From assembly GCF_009914755.1 (NCBI RefSeq), contig NC_060944.1: a stretch of 64,000 nt of DNA, one strand, 5' to 3'. The notes under the pieces were generated by a model. That model had not been told where the DNA came from and did no database searches. It saw nothing but the letters and a program-made list of their open reading frames with translations. Each line of letters begins with the position of its first letter. The first letter of the stretch is position 1. Below are positions 1-21,199 of this stretch, one piece after another. This DNA comes from the human T2T-CHM13v2.0 reference genome, Homo sapiens. The translations under genes and the position numbers were made by a program.

Positions 1-254
1 AACAACAAAATTGGAGGACTCCCACTACCCCATTTCAAAAGTAATATGAAGCTATACTAATTAAGACAGTGTGGTATAAGTACATACAAAGATACTAGGA
101 TAAGGGTAGCCATATAGATTAACAGAATACAATTGAGAATCCAGAAATAAACCTAAATATGTGATTTTCAAAAAAGGGCATCAGGACAACGTAATGGGGG
201 GTAGAGTCATCCTTTAAACAAATGGTGATGAGACAACCGAAAGTCCAAATGTGT

Positions 255-550
<296 letters not shown>

Positions 551-795
551 GTCCACATGTAAAACAATGAAGGTGGACCCCTACCTCAAACATTAAAATC
601 GATCAGAGACCCAACTTTAAGAGCTAAAACTATAAAATTCTTAGAAGAAAACTGAGAGGGGGTAAATCTTTATGACCTTGGGTTAGGCAGTGGTTTCTAA
701 GATATGACACCAAAATCACAAGCAAAAAAAGAAAAACAGACACATAGAGACTTTAACAAAAATTAAAACTTTCTTAACTGCAAAAGACACAAGCA

Positions 796-1502
<707 letters not shown>

Positions 1503-1553
1503 TTACGACTCAACAATATAAAGACAAGTAACCTAATTAAATGGGCAAAGAAA

Positions 1554-2111
<558 letters not shown>

Positions 2112-2287
2112 TCACTAGGGAAATGCAAACCAAAACCACTGCACACCCATTAGGATGGCTATAATCAAAAAAAGCAGCAATAACAGTTGTCAGCAAGGAC
2201 ACAGAGAAATTGGAACCCTCATATAATTCTGGAGAACCTACTTTGTAAAATGGTTTGGCAGCTCCTCAAAATGTTAAACATAGAATC

Positions 2288-2683
<396 letters not shown>

Positions 2684-2852
2684 TCATAACAGCATTATTT
2701 ATAACAGGCAAATGTGAAAATAACCCAAATGTCCATCAACTAATTAATGGATAAACAAAATGTGGTATATCCATACAATGGATTATTCAGCAATAAAGTG
2801 GAGGTACTGACACATGCTGTAACATGCATAAACCTTGAAAACATTATGCTAA

Positions 2853-3194
<342 letters not shown>

Positions 3195-3616
3195 TGATAC
3201 CATTTATATGTCCAGAAGAGAACATCTATAGAAACAGACTGCGGATTAGTGTTGCCAGAGGCTGGGTGAAAAGGGGAGAAGGGAGAGTAACCACTAATGA
3301 CAGCCAGATGGTAGTGGTTATGAAACTCAGTGAACATGCTACCAACTACTGAAGCATATCCTTTAAACAACTGAATTTTATGTAAATTATCTCAATGAAG
3401 CTTCCTTATGTGTTATTCTGGATGTAGGGAATCCCTCTCCCGCCATGCCCACAGAATCTCGTCTGGTTTCTTTTCCATAGGATAGTATGAATAATTAACC
3501 TTTCTAAATCAAAGGCCTTACTTAAAGGTCTATATCAATTTAGGGCATCATAACCAAAATTTTTATCATGAAATCCGCATAGAAAATTTCAGAGTACACG
3601 GCCTAAAAGGTTATCT

Positions 3617-4044
<428 letters not shown>

Positions 4045-4062
4045 TTGAAACTTTTGTCTGAG

Positions 4063-4073
4063 ATACATACATA

Positions 4074-4118
<45 letters not shown>
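4063..4118 (+). repeat. (CA)n microsatellite with (TACA) interruptions
   Basis: Directly visible. Confidence 0.95.
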
Positions 4119-4122
<4 letters not shown>

Positions 4123-4995
4123 ATGAATATAAATAGAGAGAAGTGGGTCAGTCAAAACAAAAAGTCTGGAAAATATATTTTAGCAGTTGACCGTATTCAA
4201 GAAATAAAACAGTAAGTGTGAGATCTCAGAGTCAAAAAGAGAAATCAAAAAAAAAAAGCTGAAGTCACTTTAAAGCATCATTGTAAGCAATGGAACTAAA
4301 CACCAGAAAAAGTATATTTGACCCTGGTATCTACTTTGGTAAGTCAAGTAATAAGCTTCCCTCCTCCATCCACCTCTCAGGGTTCAGAGGAGCTTCCTAC
4401 TCCCACTAAATTCAGGCCCCTTCTGGTGAAGTCTACTGTAGATCACATGTGGAGCTCCGCAGGGAAGGGTGTACCATCACTGGAAATGGGGACTGCAGGG
4501 CTGCAGGTGGGCAGCGTGGACATGCAGGCCCCAAACTCACACTAGGGGTCCAGAAGCAAGTGCAAAAAGAACTCAAACAGAAGCCAAGGGTCAACTGGAG
4601 GAAAGAAAGGAGAAGGAACAAAATCGATATTGCTAACTTATTCAGTTTATCTTTGAGTGGATGAAAGAATAAAGGAAGAGGAACAAAAACCCATCAAACT
4701 TCTCTGAGGGAGACAACATTTTCAAACACTGCAGGTCAGGATCTTTGACACAGAAGATGCGAGCAGCTGCACAATCCAACAGCCTGGGCTAAAACAGAAG
4801 CCCTGGGGACAAACCTGAAGAACGATCACTTGTGAAACTCCTCGCAGCAAGAAATCTGAGGTCATCTTCAAATCAGCAGGGAAACAAAAATTTAGAGAAT
4901 TATCACTCTCAGGGAGAGACTACCAAGAATATCTGTGAGGATTGCAGGGTCAATGTCAAGATGCTGGGCTTTGTTCGCTAAAAAAAACACTATGT

Positions 4996-5286
4996 GGCCG
5001 GGCGCGGTGGCTCACGCCTATAATCTCAGCACTTTGGAAGGCCGAGGTGGGCAGATCACGAGGTCAGGAGATTGAGACCATCCTGGCTAACACGGTGAAA
5101 CCCCGTCTCTACTAAAAATACAAAAAATTAGCCGGGCGTGGTAGCGGGCGCCTGTAGTCCCAGCTACTCGGGAGGCTGAGGCAGGAGAATGGCGTGAACT
5201 CTGGAGGCGGAGCTTGCAGTGAGCCGATCACGCCACTGTGCTCCAGCCTGGGCGACAGAGCAGGACTCCATCTCAAAAAAAAAAAA
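4996..5286 (+). mobile_element. AluY SINE
   Basis: AluY diagnostics, CpG-rich; TSD core actatgt. Confidence 0.9.
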
Positions 5287-5445
5287 CTATGTATGAGACT
5301 GTAATCTGTAATTAGGACACTTCTTGAATACCACTAAAGAATATTTACAATATTGCAATTGAGTAAAAATTGAAAATAAAACCTATGACAGTTAAACCTA
5401 TTCTGCAAGTACTCCACGATGCATTAAAAAAAAAAAAAAAAAGTT

Positions 5446-6687
<1,242 letters not shown>

Positions 6688-6742
6688 AATAGCTAACTAT
6701 AGGAAGGAGGAAAAAAAAAGACAAAATGATCATTTGCAGCTA

Positions 6743-7245
6743 CAAGTTAAGTATTCCTTGTATAAAATGCTTGGGACCAGAAGTGTTTCAAATTTTGTAT
6801 CTTTTCTGATTTTGGAATATTTGCATATATATATAGTGAGATATCTTGAGAATGGGACCGAAGTCTGAACACAAAATTCATTTATGTTTCATATACGCCT
6901 TAGACACATAGCCTGAAGGTAATTCTACTCAATATTTTAAATAATTTTGTGTATAATGGCCAGGTGCAACGGCTCACACCTGTAATCCTGGCACTTTGGA
7001 AGGCCAAAGCAGGAAGATCGCTTGAGCCTAGGAGATTAAGGCTGCAGTGAGCCATGATCTTGCCACTATACTTCAGCCTGAGTGACAGAGCAAGATCCCT
7101 TAAAAAAAAAAAAATTTGCATATGAAATAAAGTTTTGACTGCAACCCATGACATGAGGTCAGGTGCGGAATTTTCCACTCGTGGCATCCTGTCAGTGCTC
7201 AAAAGTTTCCCATTTTAGATTTGGGGATTAGAAATGCTCAATGTG
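6743..7245. mobile_element. Tigger4b (MER46B) non-autonomous DNA transposon interrupted by an Alu monomer (6958-7113)
   Basis: TA-flanked; aaatgcttgggaccagaagtgtttc...cacatagcctgaaggtaatt...catgaggtcaggtgcggaattttccact...atgctcaa resembles Tigger4 termini. Confidence 0.8.
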
Positions 7246-7324
7246 TATTATGATTACCTATCTAAGAAACTCAAGAGAATCTACTGAAAAATAAGAACAA
7301 CAGAGTTTGGTTAAGTAGCATAGC

Positions 7325-7646
7325 AGACACGGTGCTATTACATTTTCCTCACGGACACACCAAAGGACTCCACTTCCCAGCCCCCTTGCACCTAAAATAC
7401 AGCCAACAGACCGCAGAAGAAATACTACTACTTCCAAGCTTGGCCCATGAAAAAAACTTCCATGCACAAAATTACACGGCAAACTTAAGGTCACATCTTC
7501 TTGTCAGTTGTGACAAAAATGGAAGGAGCCCAGATCCCCAAGTCACCACTTAGAAAAGAACCATCTAAAAAAGTGTGAGCAAGAAATAAATGTTTTCTTT
7601 GTCAGGCCACAGATTTTAACTAGCATTACCTACCCTGACTAATACA
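7325..7646 (+). mobile_element. MaLR solo LTR (MLT1J-like)
   Basis: cttcccagcccccttgca, tggaaggagccc, gtgagcaagaaataaa, terminal ccctgactaataca. Confidence 0.65.
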
Positions 7647-7666
7647 GGTTATAAAACATACAGACT

Positions 7667-8420
7667 GGCCAGGTGCAGTGGCTCATCCCTGTAATCCCAG
7701 CACTTCAGGAGACCAAGGCAGAGGATTACTTGAGGCTGGGAGCTGGAGGCCAGCCTGGGCAACACAGCAAGATTCCATCTCTAGCTTATTTTTTATTTTA
7801 TTTTATGGTTTTTTTTGAGACAGAGTCTCACTCAGTGGCCTGGGCTGAAATGCAGTGGCGCGATCTCGACTCACTGCAACCTCCGTTTCCTGGGTTCAAT
7901 TGATTCCCATGCTACTCAGCCTCCTGAGTGGCAGGGACTACAGGCATGCACCACCACAACCAGCTAATTTTTTTTTTTTTTAATAGAGTGGGGGTTTCAC
8001 CATGTTGGCCAGGCTGGTCTTGAACTCCTGGCCTCAGGTGATCCACCCACCTCGGCCTCCCAAAGTGCTGGGATTTCAGGCGTGAGCCACTGCCCCGGCC
8101 TCCATCTCTTATCTTATTATAAAAACAAGGCCGGGCACAGTGGCTCACGCCTGTAATTCCCAGCACTGTTGGAGGCCAAGGCAGGTGGATCGCTAGAGGT
8201 CAAGAGTTCAAGACCAGCCTGACCAACATGGTGAAACCCTGTCTTTACTAAAAACACAAAAGTGGCCAGGCATGGTGGAACAGGACTGTAATTCTACATC
8301 GGAGGCTGAGGCAAGAGAATCACCTGGGAGAAGGAGGTTGCAGTGAGCTGAGATCGCACCACTGACGCCAGCCTGGGCAACAAGAGCAAAACTCCATCTC
8401 AAAAAAAAAAAAAAAAAAAA
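7667..8420. mobile_element. Alu left monomer (+, 7667-7785), AluS (-, ~7790-8100), AluS (+, 8129-8420)
   Basis: Alu consensus on both strands. Confidence 0.88.
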
Positions 8421-8539
8421 CAACCCACAGCATACAAACTGCAAGCAGTATACTTGCTTTATACCTGCTCTATACCAGTTAGTAATAGCGGGTGGGAGGG
8501 AGGTGTGAGGGGAGATAATCGCATTCTAAATACCAAATA

Positions 8540-10300
<1,761 letters not shown>

Positions 10301-10304
10301 AACA

Positions 10305-10914
<610 letters not shown>

Positions 10915-11221
10915 TACGTGTTTCTCAAGCAGGTCAAGATCAAAAACAATGTATCTAGTAGCATCAACTTTACTCAAAGAACATGGAAGAAAAATGTTTT
11001 ATATTAAAACAAGCACTGATGTTTCTGAAACAGAATGAGAAATTCACATTAATTTTAGATAAAACAGAAGAGACTTAAAAGAAGTGTCATGCTTGTTATA
11101 TTCCAAACACTTTTAAATATGCATACATTCCCCCATATCATGCATCTGTGGAAAAATTTGTGAAGCAATGTCTATAAATATAAATATCAAAAAAGCTCTT
11201 GATAAGAAATATATGAACTTG

Positions 11222-11511
11222 GGCTGGGAACAGTGGCTCACGGCTGTAATCCCAGAACTTTAGGAGGCTTGAGCTCAAGAGTTCGAGACCATCCTGACCA
11301 ACACAGGAGACCCCCATCTCTAAAAACATAGTGAAACCCTGTCTCTACAAAAAATACAACAATTAGTTGGGTGTAGTGGTACATGCCTGTAGTCCCAGCT
11401 ACTCAAGAGGCTGAAGTGGGAGGATCTCTTGAGCCCGGGAGGCAGAAGCTGCAAGTGAGCAGAGATCTCACCACTGCACTCCAGCCTGGGTGACAGACCC
11501 TGTCTCAAAAA
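11222..11511 (+). mobile_element. AluJ SINE with rearranged left arm
   Basis: Alu consensus; end of left arm appears twice. Confidence 0.8.
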
Positions 11512-11571
11512 ATATAGATACATGAATTCAATAGAAAATTCTCAGCACTGACCACATATACCTTACTGTGA

Positions 11572-11780
11572 AGCAGGATCACCAAACTTTTTCTGTAAAG
11601 GGCCAGAGTTACATGGTCTCTTGAGTGAGCTTGGCTGTGTTGCAATTAAACCTTATTTACAAAACCAGATGCTGGTGATGCCTCCACCAGCAACATCCCT
11701 GTCACCTGAGAACTTGTGAGAAATGCACATTTTCGGGGTCCACCCTAGATCTTCAGAATGAGATCCATGTTTGACAAGGA
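11572..11780. mobile_element. MER58A fragment followed by MER5A fragment (hAT-Charlie)
   Basis: caaactttttctgtaaagggccaga...ggctgtgttgcaattaaaccttatttacaaaa; tcacctgagaacttgtgagaaatgcacattttcgggg. Confidence 0.65.
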
Positions 11781-11924
11781 AGGTGTTGTAGTTAGCCCCC
11801 AGCTAGGTGATCTGCCTTTGGAGACAGGAAATGATTTTAGCCAGCCCTGGAGAGGAGTCAATAAAGCCAAACCGAATTTGAGGCTGAAATCCCATCTAAA
11901 GTAGAATGTATAAGAAATTGTGTT

Positions 11925-12388
<464 letters not shown>

Positions 12389-12779
12389 AATTGTGTTTCC
12401 TTCATGAAGACTGAGGACACAGCAGTGCTTTCGGTCTGAAGCAGGGTGGAGAAGACCCTCAGAGTCACAAAGCCAAGAACTCTGAGATGAAATGATGGTC
12501 CAAAATGAAAAAGCTTATTCAAATTTAATTGAATGGAGCTGGGGGTATGTATATATTCACTTGAACAAAGGAAAGCCAGTGGGGGGAAAAAATGTGTGAG
12601 CGTTGAGGTGGTGGGTAGAAGATTCCTACAGGAACAAACAAGGGAATTGACAGAAAGAATCCAAGCTAGGGTGCATAAAGGCAAACACTGTAGCCAGGAA
12701 TGAACCACAGGCAAACAAGGCAGGAGCAAGAGGAGACGGTCCTGCTCCCATTCAGCCTCAGCCTCCTCCCAGTGCACCC

Positions 12780-13320
12780 TTTACTCCACCCCAAAATTTT
12801 CTAAAATGCACATCTGAACAAGTCACTCCCCTTCTGGGAATCTCCCCGTGCCTTTCCAGACAAAGATTCAAGCCCCATAATACAGTATCAAAGGACCTCT
12901 CCACCTGACCCCCATCACATCCTCAGCATCCTTCCAACTGTCCTAACTCAGTTACCCTCTCCCAGTCACATGCCTCTCCCGCTCCACCCTTTGCTCACAC
13001 TGATCCCTCGATCTGAAATGTCATTCCCAACTTCTGTAGCCTAACCCTACTTTCTATCCCAAGTCCCCAAAAGTCATCCTGGAACACAGCATGATTAGAG
13101 TCTAACTTCGAGCTTGGCAACTGACCGGCCTAGGGTCAAATCCTGACTCTACTTGTCAGCGCTAAGACCCTAGGCAAGAAGCTGCCCTCCTGCCACACCT
13201 CAGCATCCTCAGCTGTAGGATGAAAAGCGTTAATACCCAGCCCACAGGGCTGCAGAGACTGATCAACGTGAAAGAACACAGGAGTGCTGGGCAGAGCTCC
13301 CTGGCACTCAACTGACACTG
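12780..13320 (+). mobile_element. L2 fragment followed by MIR
   Basis: ttctaaaatgcacatctgaacaagtcactcccc (L2); gggtcaaatcctgactctacttgtcagc...cctcagcatcctcagctgtaggatg (MIR core). Confidence 0.55.
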
Positions 13321-13721
13321 GCTTCTCTGCCCTCTTCTATACTAACGAGAACTTAGAAACCCTGAGTTTCAGATGAGAGCTGGGAATAGTGTTCTACAGT
13401 GGTTTAATGGAACAGAATTCAAGACTCAGGAATTAACTTACAGAAGTTACCCAAGACTTCATCAATAAATGAAGGACCAGAAGCCACCTTGCCTGCCAGT
13501 TGCTAGGACTAGCAATAATAACCTAAAGTGCCCAATGCATAATCAATACCTATGGGCACCATCACTGTTTCCTTGGCCCTATCACATGGGGCTCTCTTGT
13601 CTTTCTAGGGTCCCTTCTATTGCTTGGAGAGGGTCCAACAGAGAAGCGCACCTTATCAAACTGCACTTCCATTCAACTTAGAAGATAGAGGGATTCATCT
13701 CTGTAAGAGTTACACACATAG

Positions 13722-14160
<439 letters not shown>

Positions 14161-14379
14161 TCACTGACCAGAGAAAACCACTCTCCTTTAAGGATGGAAT
14201 TTCCATAGAGGGCCTTAGAGACACCTAGATCTGAGGTCACAGACTTGGCTGAGGTCACCTGAGGTCAAAGTCGAAAATTGGGACAAAGGACAATGAGAAG
14301 CTCCCAAGATTTATATTTCCATTGAGGATGACCTTCCCCAAAAATCTCCACCCTTGCTTTTCTGCTGCATTTGGGTATG

Positions 14380-14895
14380 CTGGGTTGGCATCACAACTTA
14401 ACATGGCCTAAACCAGCTCCTCCAGCATCTCAGTTAATGGCCTCTTTCTTTCTAGGTGCTAAGACCAGAACCTCGGAGTCCTCCTCAGTTTTCTTTCTGG
14501 TTCATCAGCAAATCTCAACCTCACCTTGAAATCCCACTAGTCTCCCCTCAGCCCTGCATTCTGGCTGGTCTCCTTGCTGTCCTGCCTTCAATCTGTCTCA
14601 CACAGCAACGCCTAGAGTGTGCTTGCTAAAAGCTAGATCAGTCCACCTCCCTTCTTTACTCCAAAACCCTCCAATGGCTTCTACCACCCTCAAGGTAAAA
14701 TCTACCAGCCTTACAGTGGTCCGCATGGCCTTACATGATCTGACCCCCATGGTTTCTCTGACCTCAAGACCAAATTCTCCCCTCCTCCTGCCTCAGGGCC
14801 TTTGTATCTGCTGTTTCCTCCCCTCAGAATGATCCTTCTCCCAGATCTCCACATGCCTCACTCCCTACACATCTTTAGTTAAAAATGACTCAAGC
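14380..14895 (+). mobile_element. L2 (L2a-like) fragment
   Basis: catcacaacttaacatggcctaaacc...ccttacatgatctgacccc...ctcagggcctttgtatctgctgtttcctc; probably resumes ~15560-15770. Confidence 0.65.
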
Positions 14896-14899
14896 CCTC

Positions 14900-15557
<658 letters not shown>

Positions 15558-16170
15558 CCTTCCTCCCTGTCTACCCTTCCAAAAATATCAACTCCCATCC
15601 CCACACTTAATCCCCCGAGCCTTGTCAGATTCCTCTTCACAGAACCAGATCTCATTGTCCACATCCCTACAGTGTGGGCTCCATGTGGGCTGGGAATCTC
15701 CCTGCAGCATCCCAAGCACCAAGAATATTACCCAGCACAGATCAGGCACTCAATGTAATAAATGTATGAAAGGCCTATGAAAGGTGCAAGCTGAAAGCAG
15801 ACCTCAATTACAGGAGAGCCAAGAACCTAGAACCTGTGACGAAATAACAGGTTCAAAATAGCAAAGCCACAGAGAAAATGAGAAGAACGGCATAGCGCAC
15901 AAAGGGCTCGTTTCAACCTAGAGGCTGCAATGCACAGCTTAACCTGGAGGAGGATGGTTCCCTACAGAAAGAATAAAAGCAAGCCCAGAGAACAACTGGA
16001 GGAATAGCAGGGCATGAAAATGAATTAATGAGGTGAGGTTACTGGGCACTGGGAACCAACAGACTGGTGTGTGAGAGTTTTATGGGCAAGGCCAGGAAAC
16101 GGTTCAGGAAGGACTGTAAGATGTTTAAATTTAAAAAGCCTAAGAGGATTAAATATAAATACGTTTTTAA

Positions 16171-16541
<371 letters not shown>

Positions 16542-16977
16542 TAATTACCTTAACCAAAATGGGAAAATTCCTCAAGCTACCAGTGGTACCAGAATATAGG
16601 TCCCCAAATAGATCCCTGGTTTGTCTTTAGAGACACTGAAGAGGACAACAATAGCCAATTCGGGATTTCAAACACCCCACAAACTAGACCTTAGGCTCTG
16701 TGAGGGCAAAAGACACAGTTTATTCAACAACGATCTGTTCAACAGAACCTGGTCACCAAGTGGATGGATGGATGGGCAGACACAGATGGACAGACTACTC
16801 AGTGGGTGGCTACATGTGCTTGCCTGCCCCGGGACACATGACTCACTTCTGCAATGCTACATAGACTAGAGTTTGCTCCATCAATGAGATAGATAGTATG
16901 GCATGAAACCTAGCAAAACCATCTACATTTTTCTAGCCAGGTACTGGTTTTTTTTAAGCTGGCCGCCATACTCAGCT

Positions 16978-17115
16978 ATTTTTTTTTTTTTTTTATAGAA
17001 ACAGGAGTCTTGCTGGGTTGCCTAGGCTGGTCTTGAACTCTTGGCCTCAAACAATCCTCCCACCTCAGCCTCCCAAAGTGCTGGGATTACAGGTGTGAAC
17101 CACAACACCCGGCCC
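16978..17115 (-). mobile_element. FLAM/Alu left monomer
   Basis: Reverse left arm with poly-T. Confidence 0.8.
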
Positions 17116-18827
17116 AGGTACTTCAATAGGCATTTTTTAAACATGTCAACAGATGTTTAAACTTAATTGACTTAATTGACCGTGCCACAGTCAGAGAATA
17201 CAACTGCCAGACAACCATCTAAAATACTGTCAACATAAAAAGTTCCTGAAATACCTATTGTCTTAAAAAATCACCCTCCACTCTAAGCAAAGAAACCAAA
17301 AGAGAAATGCCTTGGTATTAAAAGAAAGAAGCTGGTTGCCATTTTGGCAAAGGAAATAGCCTAGAAAGCAGATACCTCATGCTCAGGATGTCACATGGAA
17401 CAGGCTGGACACACCTGCTGCCTCCCTTTAACTAGCAGGTGTGCCATGAGAGCTTACACTGGGCACACCCACTGGTGCCCAAAAGCCATTAAATTGGGGA
17501 TGAATGAAAAGAGAACAGTAGTAATACGTTCATAAGTGACCCTGATAGAGCCAACCATAACCCAGCACAGAATTCTGATTTTTTGAGCTGAAAAGGGCCC
17601 TTTATACATCTCACCAGGTTCAAACACCTTCAGGGGAGGCAGGCAACGTCACCTGCAACGGTGAAAAAGGCAGGTGTAGACAACCAGAAACGGTGAGGCC
17701 CAAACCCAACAGCATTCAAATACAAAAGCATAAAATAAAAATGCTCCAGCCACCCCAATTCCAGCCTTTTGCTTCAGAGAGGACGAAGCCGGCTGAGGGA
17801 GGTCACATGGCCAATTAGTGACAGCTCAAACCAGACTGCCTCCGGACTCCCAGTCCCATGTCCTCGCACATCCCGGGGCCTTCTCTGCGCGCAGATGACC
17901 CAATTGTCAGCAGGGACTGCATCTTCCCCCGCCCGTCTCCCAGCACTGCAAGAATAGAAGTAGCACCTACTACAAACGCTGCAGACCCAGAAAGCCCTTA
18001 TGGGTGACTTTCTTCCACCTGCAGTTGCCCTCATTTACCCTTTGCCCTGACAATCGATAATTTCCCATCAGTCACGCTTAAACCCCCAGCCTGCAGGCCG
18101 ACATCCTATCAGCCACCCATCCAAGGGGGGGCATCTAGGACCAAACGAAGGAGAAAATCCTGCGCCTTAAAGTAGTCACACTCGAAATGTCATTTTTTCC
18201 CCCCGAAAGGTGGCAAGGAGGGGGACTCGCGACCCCCCAGGGAACAGGCCAGAAAGGCCCCGGGGTCGGAGGAGCTGCTTCTAAAATTACTTCGCGCAGT
18301 CTTTGTAGAAGGGAAGAAAGCAAGAATGTAAAAGGCACCCTCTTGCCGCCCCTCCTGATGCCCCTGAATTCCAGGGGGCGAGACGATGCCCGTGCGCACC
18401 ACCGGGGGAGGGGCGAGGGAAGCGACCCCAGGACGCGCGGGCGCAGAGCCCGGGAGGAGGCGGCGGCAGCCAGTGGGGTTCTGGGGGCGCCCCATTTGCC
18501 TCCCCGCTGCGCGGCCTGAGGGCCCGAGCGCGCTGTGGCTCCCGTGGCGGGAAGGGGTGGGTACCCCGGGGGCCCGGCCCGGCCGGCAGAACGGCAGGAG
18601 CTGAGGGCCGCCGGGCATCTTGGGCCCCGGGGCCAGGGTGGCCGGCGGGCGCGGGGTCCCGGGAGATGGGTCGGGGTGGGGGCGCGCAGGCCGCGCCGCG
18701 GGGCCGGTGGGTGACAGCGCGCGGGGGCCGTGCCAGGCCGGCCTCGTGGGCGCGGCGAGCACCTCGCGGCCCCGCCGGCAGGTGCGGCCCGCAGGCCGGG
18801 CAGGGGGCGCGGCGGCCGGGCTCTCAC

Positions 18828-18945
18828 CTGGCTGCAGCTCGCGTGGTTCCCGTCCTGCCGCCGCGCCTCGGCGCCGCAGTGCCCGCTGCAGCCTCCGCCT
18901 CCGGTCCCCGCGACAGCCGCCTGCAAAATGGCGCCGCGGAGGGGC
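18828..18945 (-). other. Probable non-coding first exon of an unidentified minus-strand gene (5' boundary approximate)
   Basis: Minus strand reads ...GCGCCATTTTGCAGGCGGCTGTCG...GAGCTGCAGCCAG|GTGAGAG: consensus donor, no ATG, GC boxes immediately upstream, island extends into the putative intron. Confidence 0.7.
18924..18935 (+). promoter_or_regulatory. YY1-type motif CAAAATGGCGCC at the putative TSS
   Basis: Close match to YY1 consensus CAA(A/G)ATGGCGGC. Confidence 0.65.
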
Positions 18946-19479
18946 GGGCCGGGGGCGGGGTGCAGCGGAGCCGCCCGCCCCCGCGCCGGTCTGGGGCCCA
19001 CCTCCCTCCCCGCCCCCGACCCCTGCCCTCGGGCCTCCCCCCGGGGAGGGGCTGCTCCCTGGCACCCGGCAGCGCTCCCCGGAACATCCCGGGCCTCGCA
19101 CCCAGCCGTCCCCTTCCCGTTCCTTTCATTTCCCTCCCCTGCGCAGAAAGATCGCCCCCCTTCGCAACCCTTCCCACCAGTCACACCTGTTCCTGGGGAC
19201 CCACCTGGCAAGCAGAGCGCTGGTCCCTGAGTGTCCTGGTCCAGGTCCCCCCTTTTTACCCCGCCTGCCACCGAGCCCTGTCATTGCTCGAGCGTGATAA
19301 GCAAGCAGTTTGTGGTGCATTGGGCTCAGTGGGTTGGATGTTTTAAAACAATTTCACCGCTTCTCCACTTAGGTAGCCAGTTTTTTTAACCTAACTGGAG
19401 AAGAAGTCCTTCTTACCTCATGCAGAGATCGTAATACAGACCAAGGCTTTTCAGACGTGAATTCTCTGGGGGTCGTGTT

Positions 19480-19798
19480 AGGCTAGGGGCGGGTTCACAT
19501 TCAGTGGCTCTGGGGTGCAGCCCAAAAGTCTGCACTTCTAAATTGTCCCCAGGTGATGCCCCCGGGTGAGGTTCTTGGACCGCTAAGCAGAAAGGCCAAG
19601 TGTAAATCCCTGGCCCTCGGTCTTAGAGCTGGGCAGCCTCACTTTGAGGACTTCATTAAGATGCAGATGGCTGGGCCCCACCCCCAGAGTTGCTAAGGCT
19701 GGAGGTCTGGCGTGAGGCTCCAGAATCTGCATTTCTGCCAAGTTCCCAGGTGATGCTGATGCTACTGGTCTGGGGACCACACGTATTGAGCCACTGCT
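19480..19798. mobile_element. MER5A/MER5B fragments
   Basis: atgcagatggctgggccccacccccagag...agaatctgcatttct..caagttcccaggtgatgctgatgctactggtctggggaccacac. Confidence 0.75.
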
Positions 19799-20159
19799 GA
19801 AATCTGAATACAATTTTTTAAATGTTCTAATAATTAGTACTTTCTTAACACCTTCCATCTTGAAACCGTTGTCATGGTTGCTTTACTAACTGAATGATAA
19901 TGTACTAGTTCCCGGGCAACTCTTGAGAAACAGAATTGTAGACGGTGTCTGTCTGACCTCACATGGAGAGAAATTGATTTTATAATCAGAATTATTTATG
20001 TGTTTTACACAGTTTTGGAAAGTGACATCACACATATTAATGCAGTTGGGGGAGCAGCAACTAAAGGAATTTTATGAAATAGGCAAGTGTGGTCTGTGTC
20101 TTGACAATAATGTGTCTTCCCATTTATTTATCTAATAACTGCATTTTTATTTGCTTATA

Positions 20160-20410
20160 TTTAATTTTTTAGAGACAAGGTCTCACTCTGTCACCCAGGC
20201 TGGAGTGCAACGGCACAATTAAGGCTGCAGCATCAACCTTCCAGGCTCAAGGGATCCCCCAACCTTGGCCTCCTAAGTAGCTGGGATGACAGGACCACAC
20301 CACCAGGTCCAGCTAAGCTTGGTTTTATGCGTCACGGGCGCCCATCCTTAACCTTGACAAAATGAACCTTCTAATTTGACTGAGACCTCTCTCAGATATT
20401 TGAAGTTCAC
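20160..20410. mobile_element. AluJ right arm (-, 20160-20320) followed by the 3' end of a MER4-family ERV1 LTR (+, ~20328-20410)
   Basis: gtcacgggcgcccatccttaaccttgacaaaatgaaccttctaatttgactgagacctctctcagatatttgaagttcaca resembles the MER4 LTR terminus. Confidence 0.65.
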
Positions 20411-20523
20411 AATCCCTACTGGGATTCAGTAAGTAGGGAAAAGAAAGTGTTGGATTGCAAAATTCAATAATGTCGAATGTTTTGATCCCCGTTGAAGATG
20501 GAGAAAATAAAAAACAAAGATGC

Positions 20524-20949
<426 letters not shown>

Positions 20950-21199
20950 TTAATACGATGTGTTTGCTTAGCAAGGAATGTGGAGTCTTCTGATTAGAAG
21001 GGAAGGGAAGTTCCAGGGTCAAGACCCCCTGAGCTTTTAAGTCTATCCCCTCCCCATCGTTATTCCATGAACTGTGGAATCTTCAGTGTCTCCCTCTCCC
21101 TCTCTAGGCATTTACCATTTTTCTCTATCCTGAAAAACCTTCCATAGTCCCAGTCTCCCCAGCCGTCCTGCCTGCCTTCCTCTGCCCAACCTCCCCTGC

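Larger units (their letters stand above)
18200..19300. promoter_or_regulatory. CpG island promoter
   Basis: Very GC- and CpG-rich non-repetitive ~1.1 kb in a CpG-depleted background; GC boxes at 18941-18960 and ~18971-18982. Confidence 0.92.

Noticed and set aside
18828-18945. Assigning a gene symbol to the first exon
   Set aside because: No coding exon lies in the window and I do not reliably recognise the UTR; a BLAST search is needed.
18135-19346. Long overlapping ORFs (up to 378 aa) on both strands of the CpG island
   Set aside because: Low-complexity G/P/A/R-rich products expected from stop-codon scarcity at high GC; no recognisable domain.
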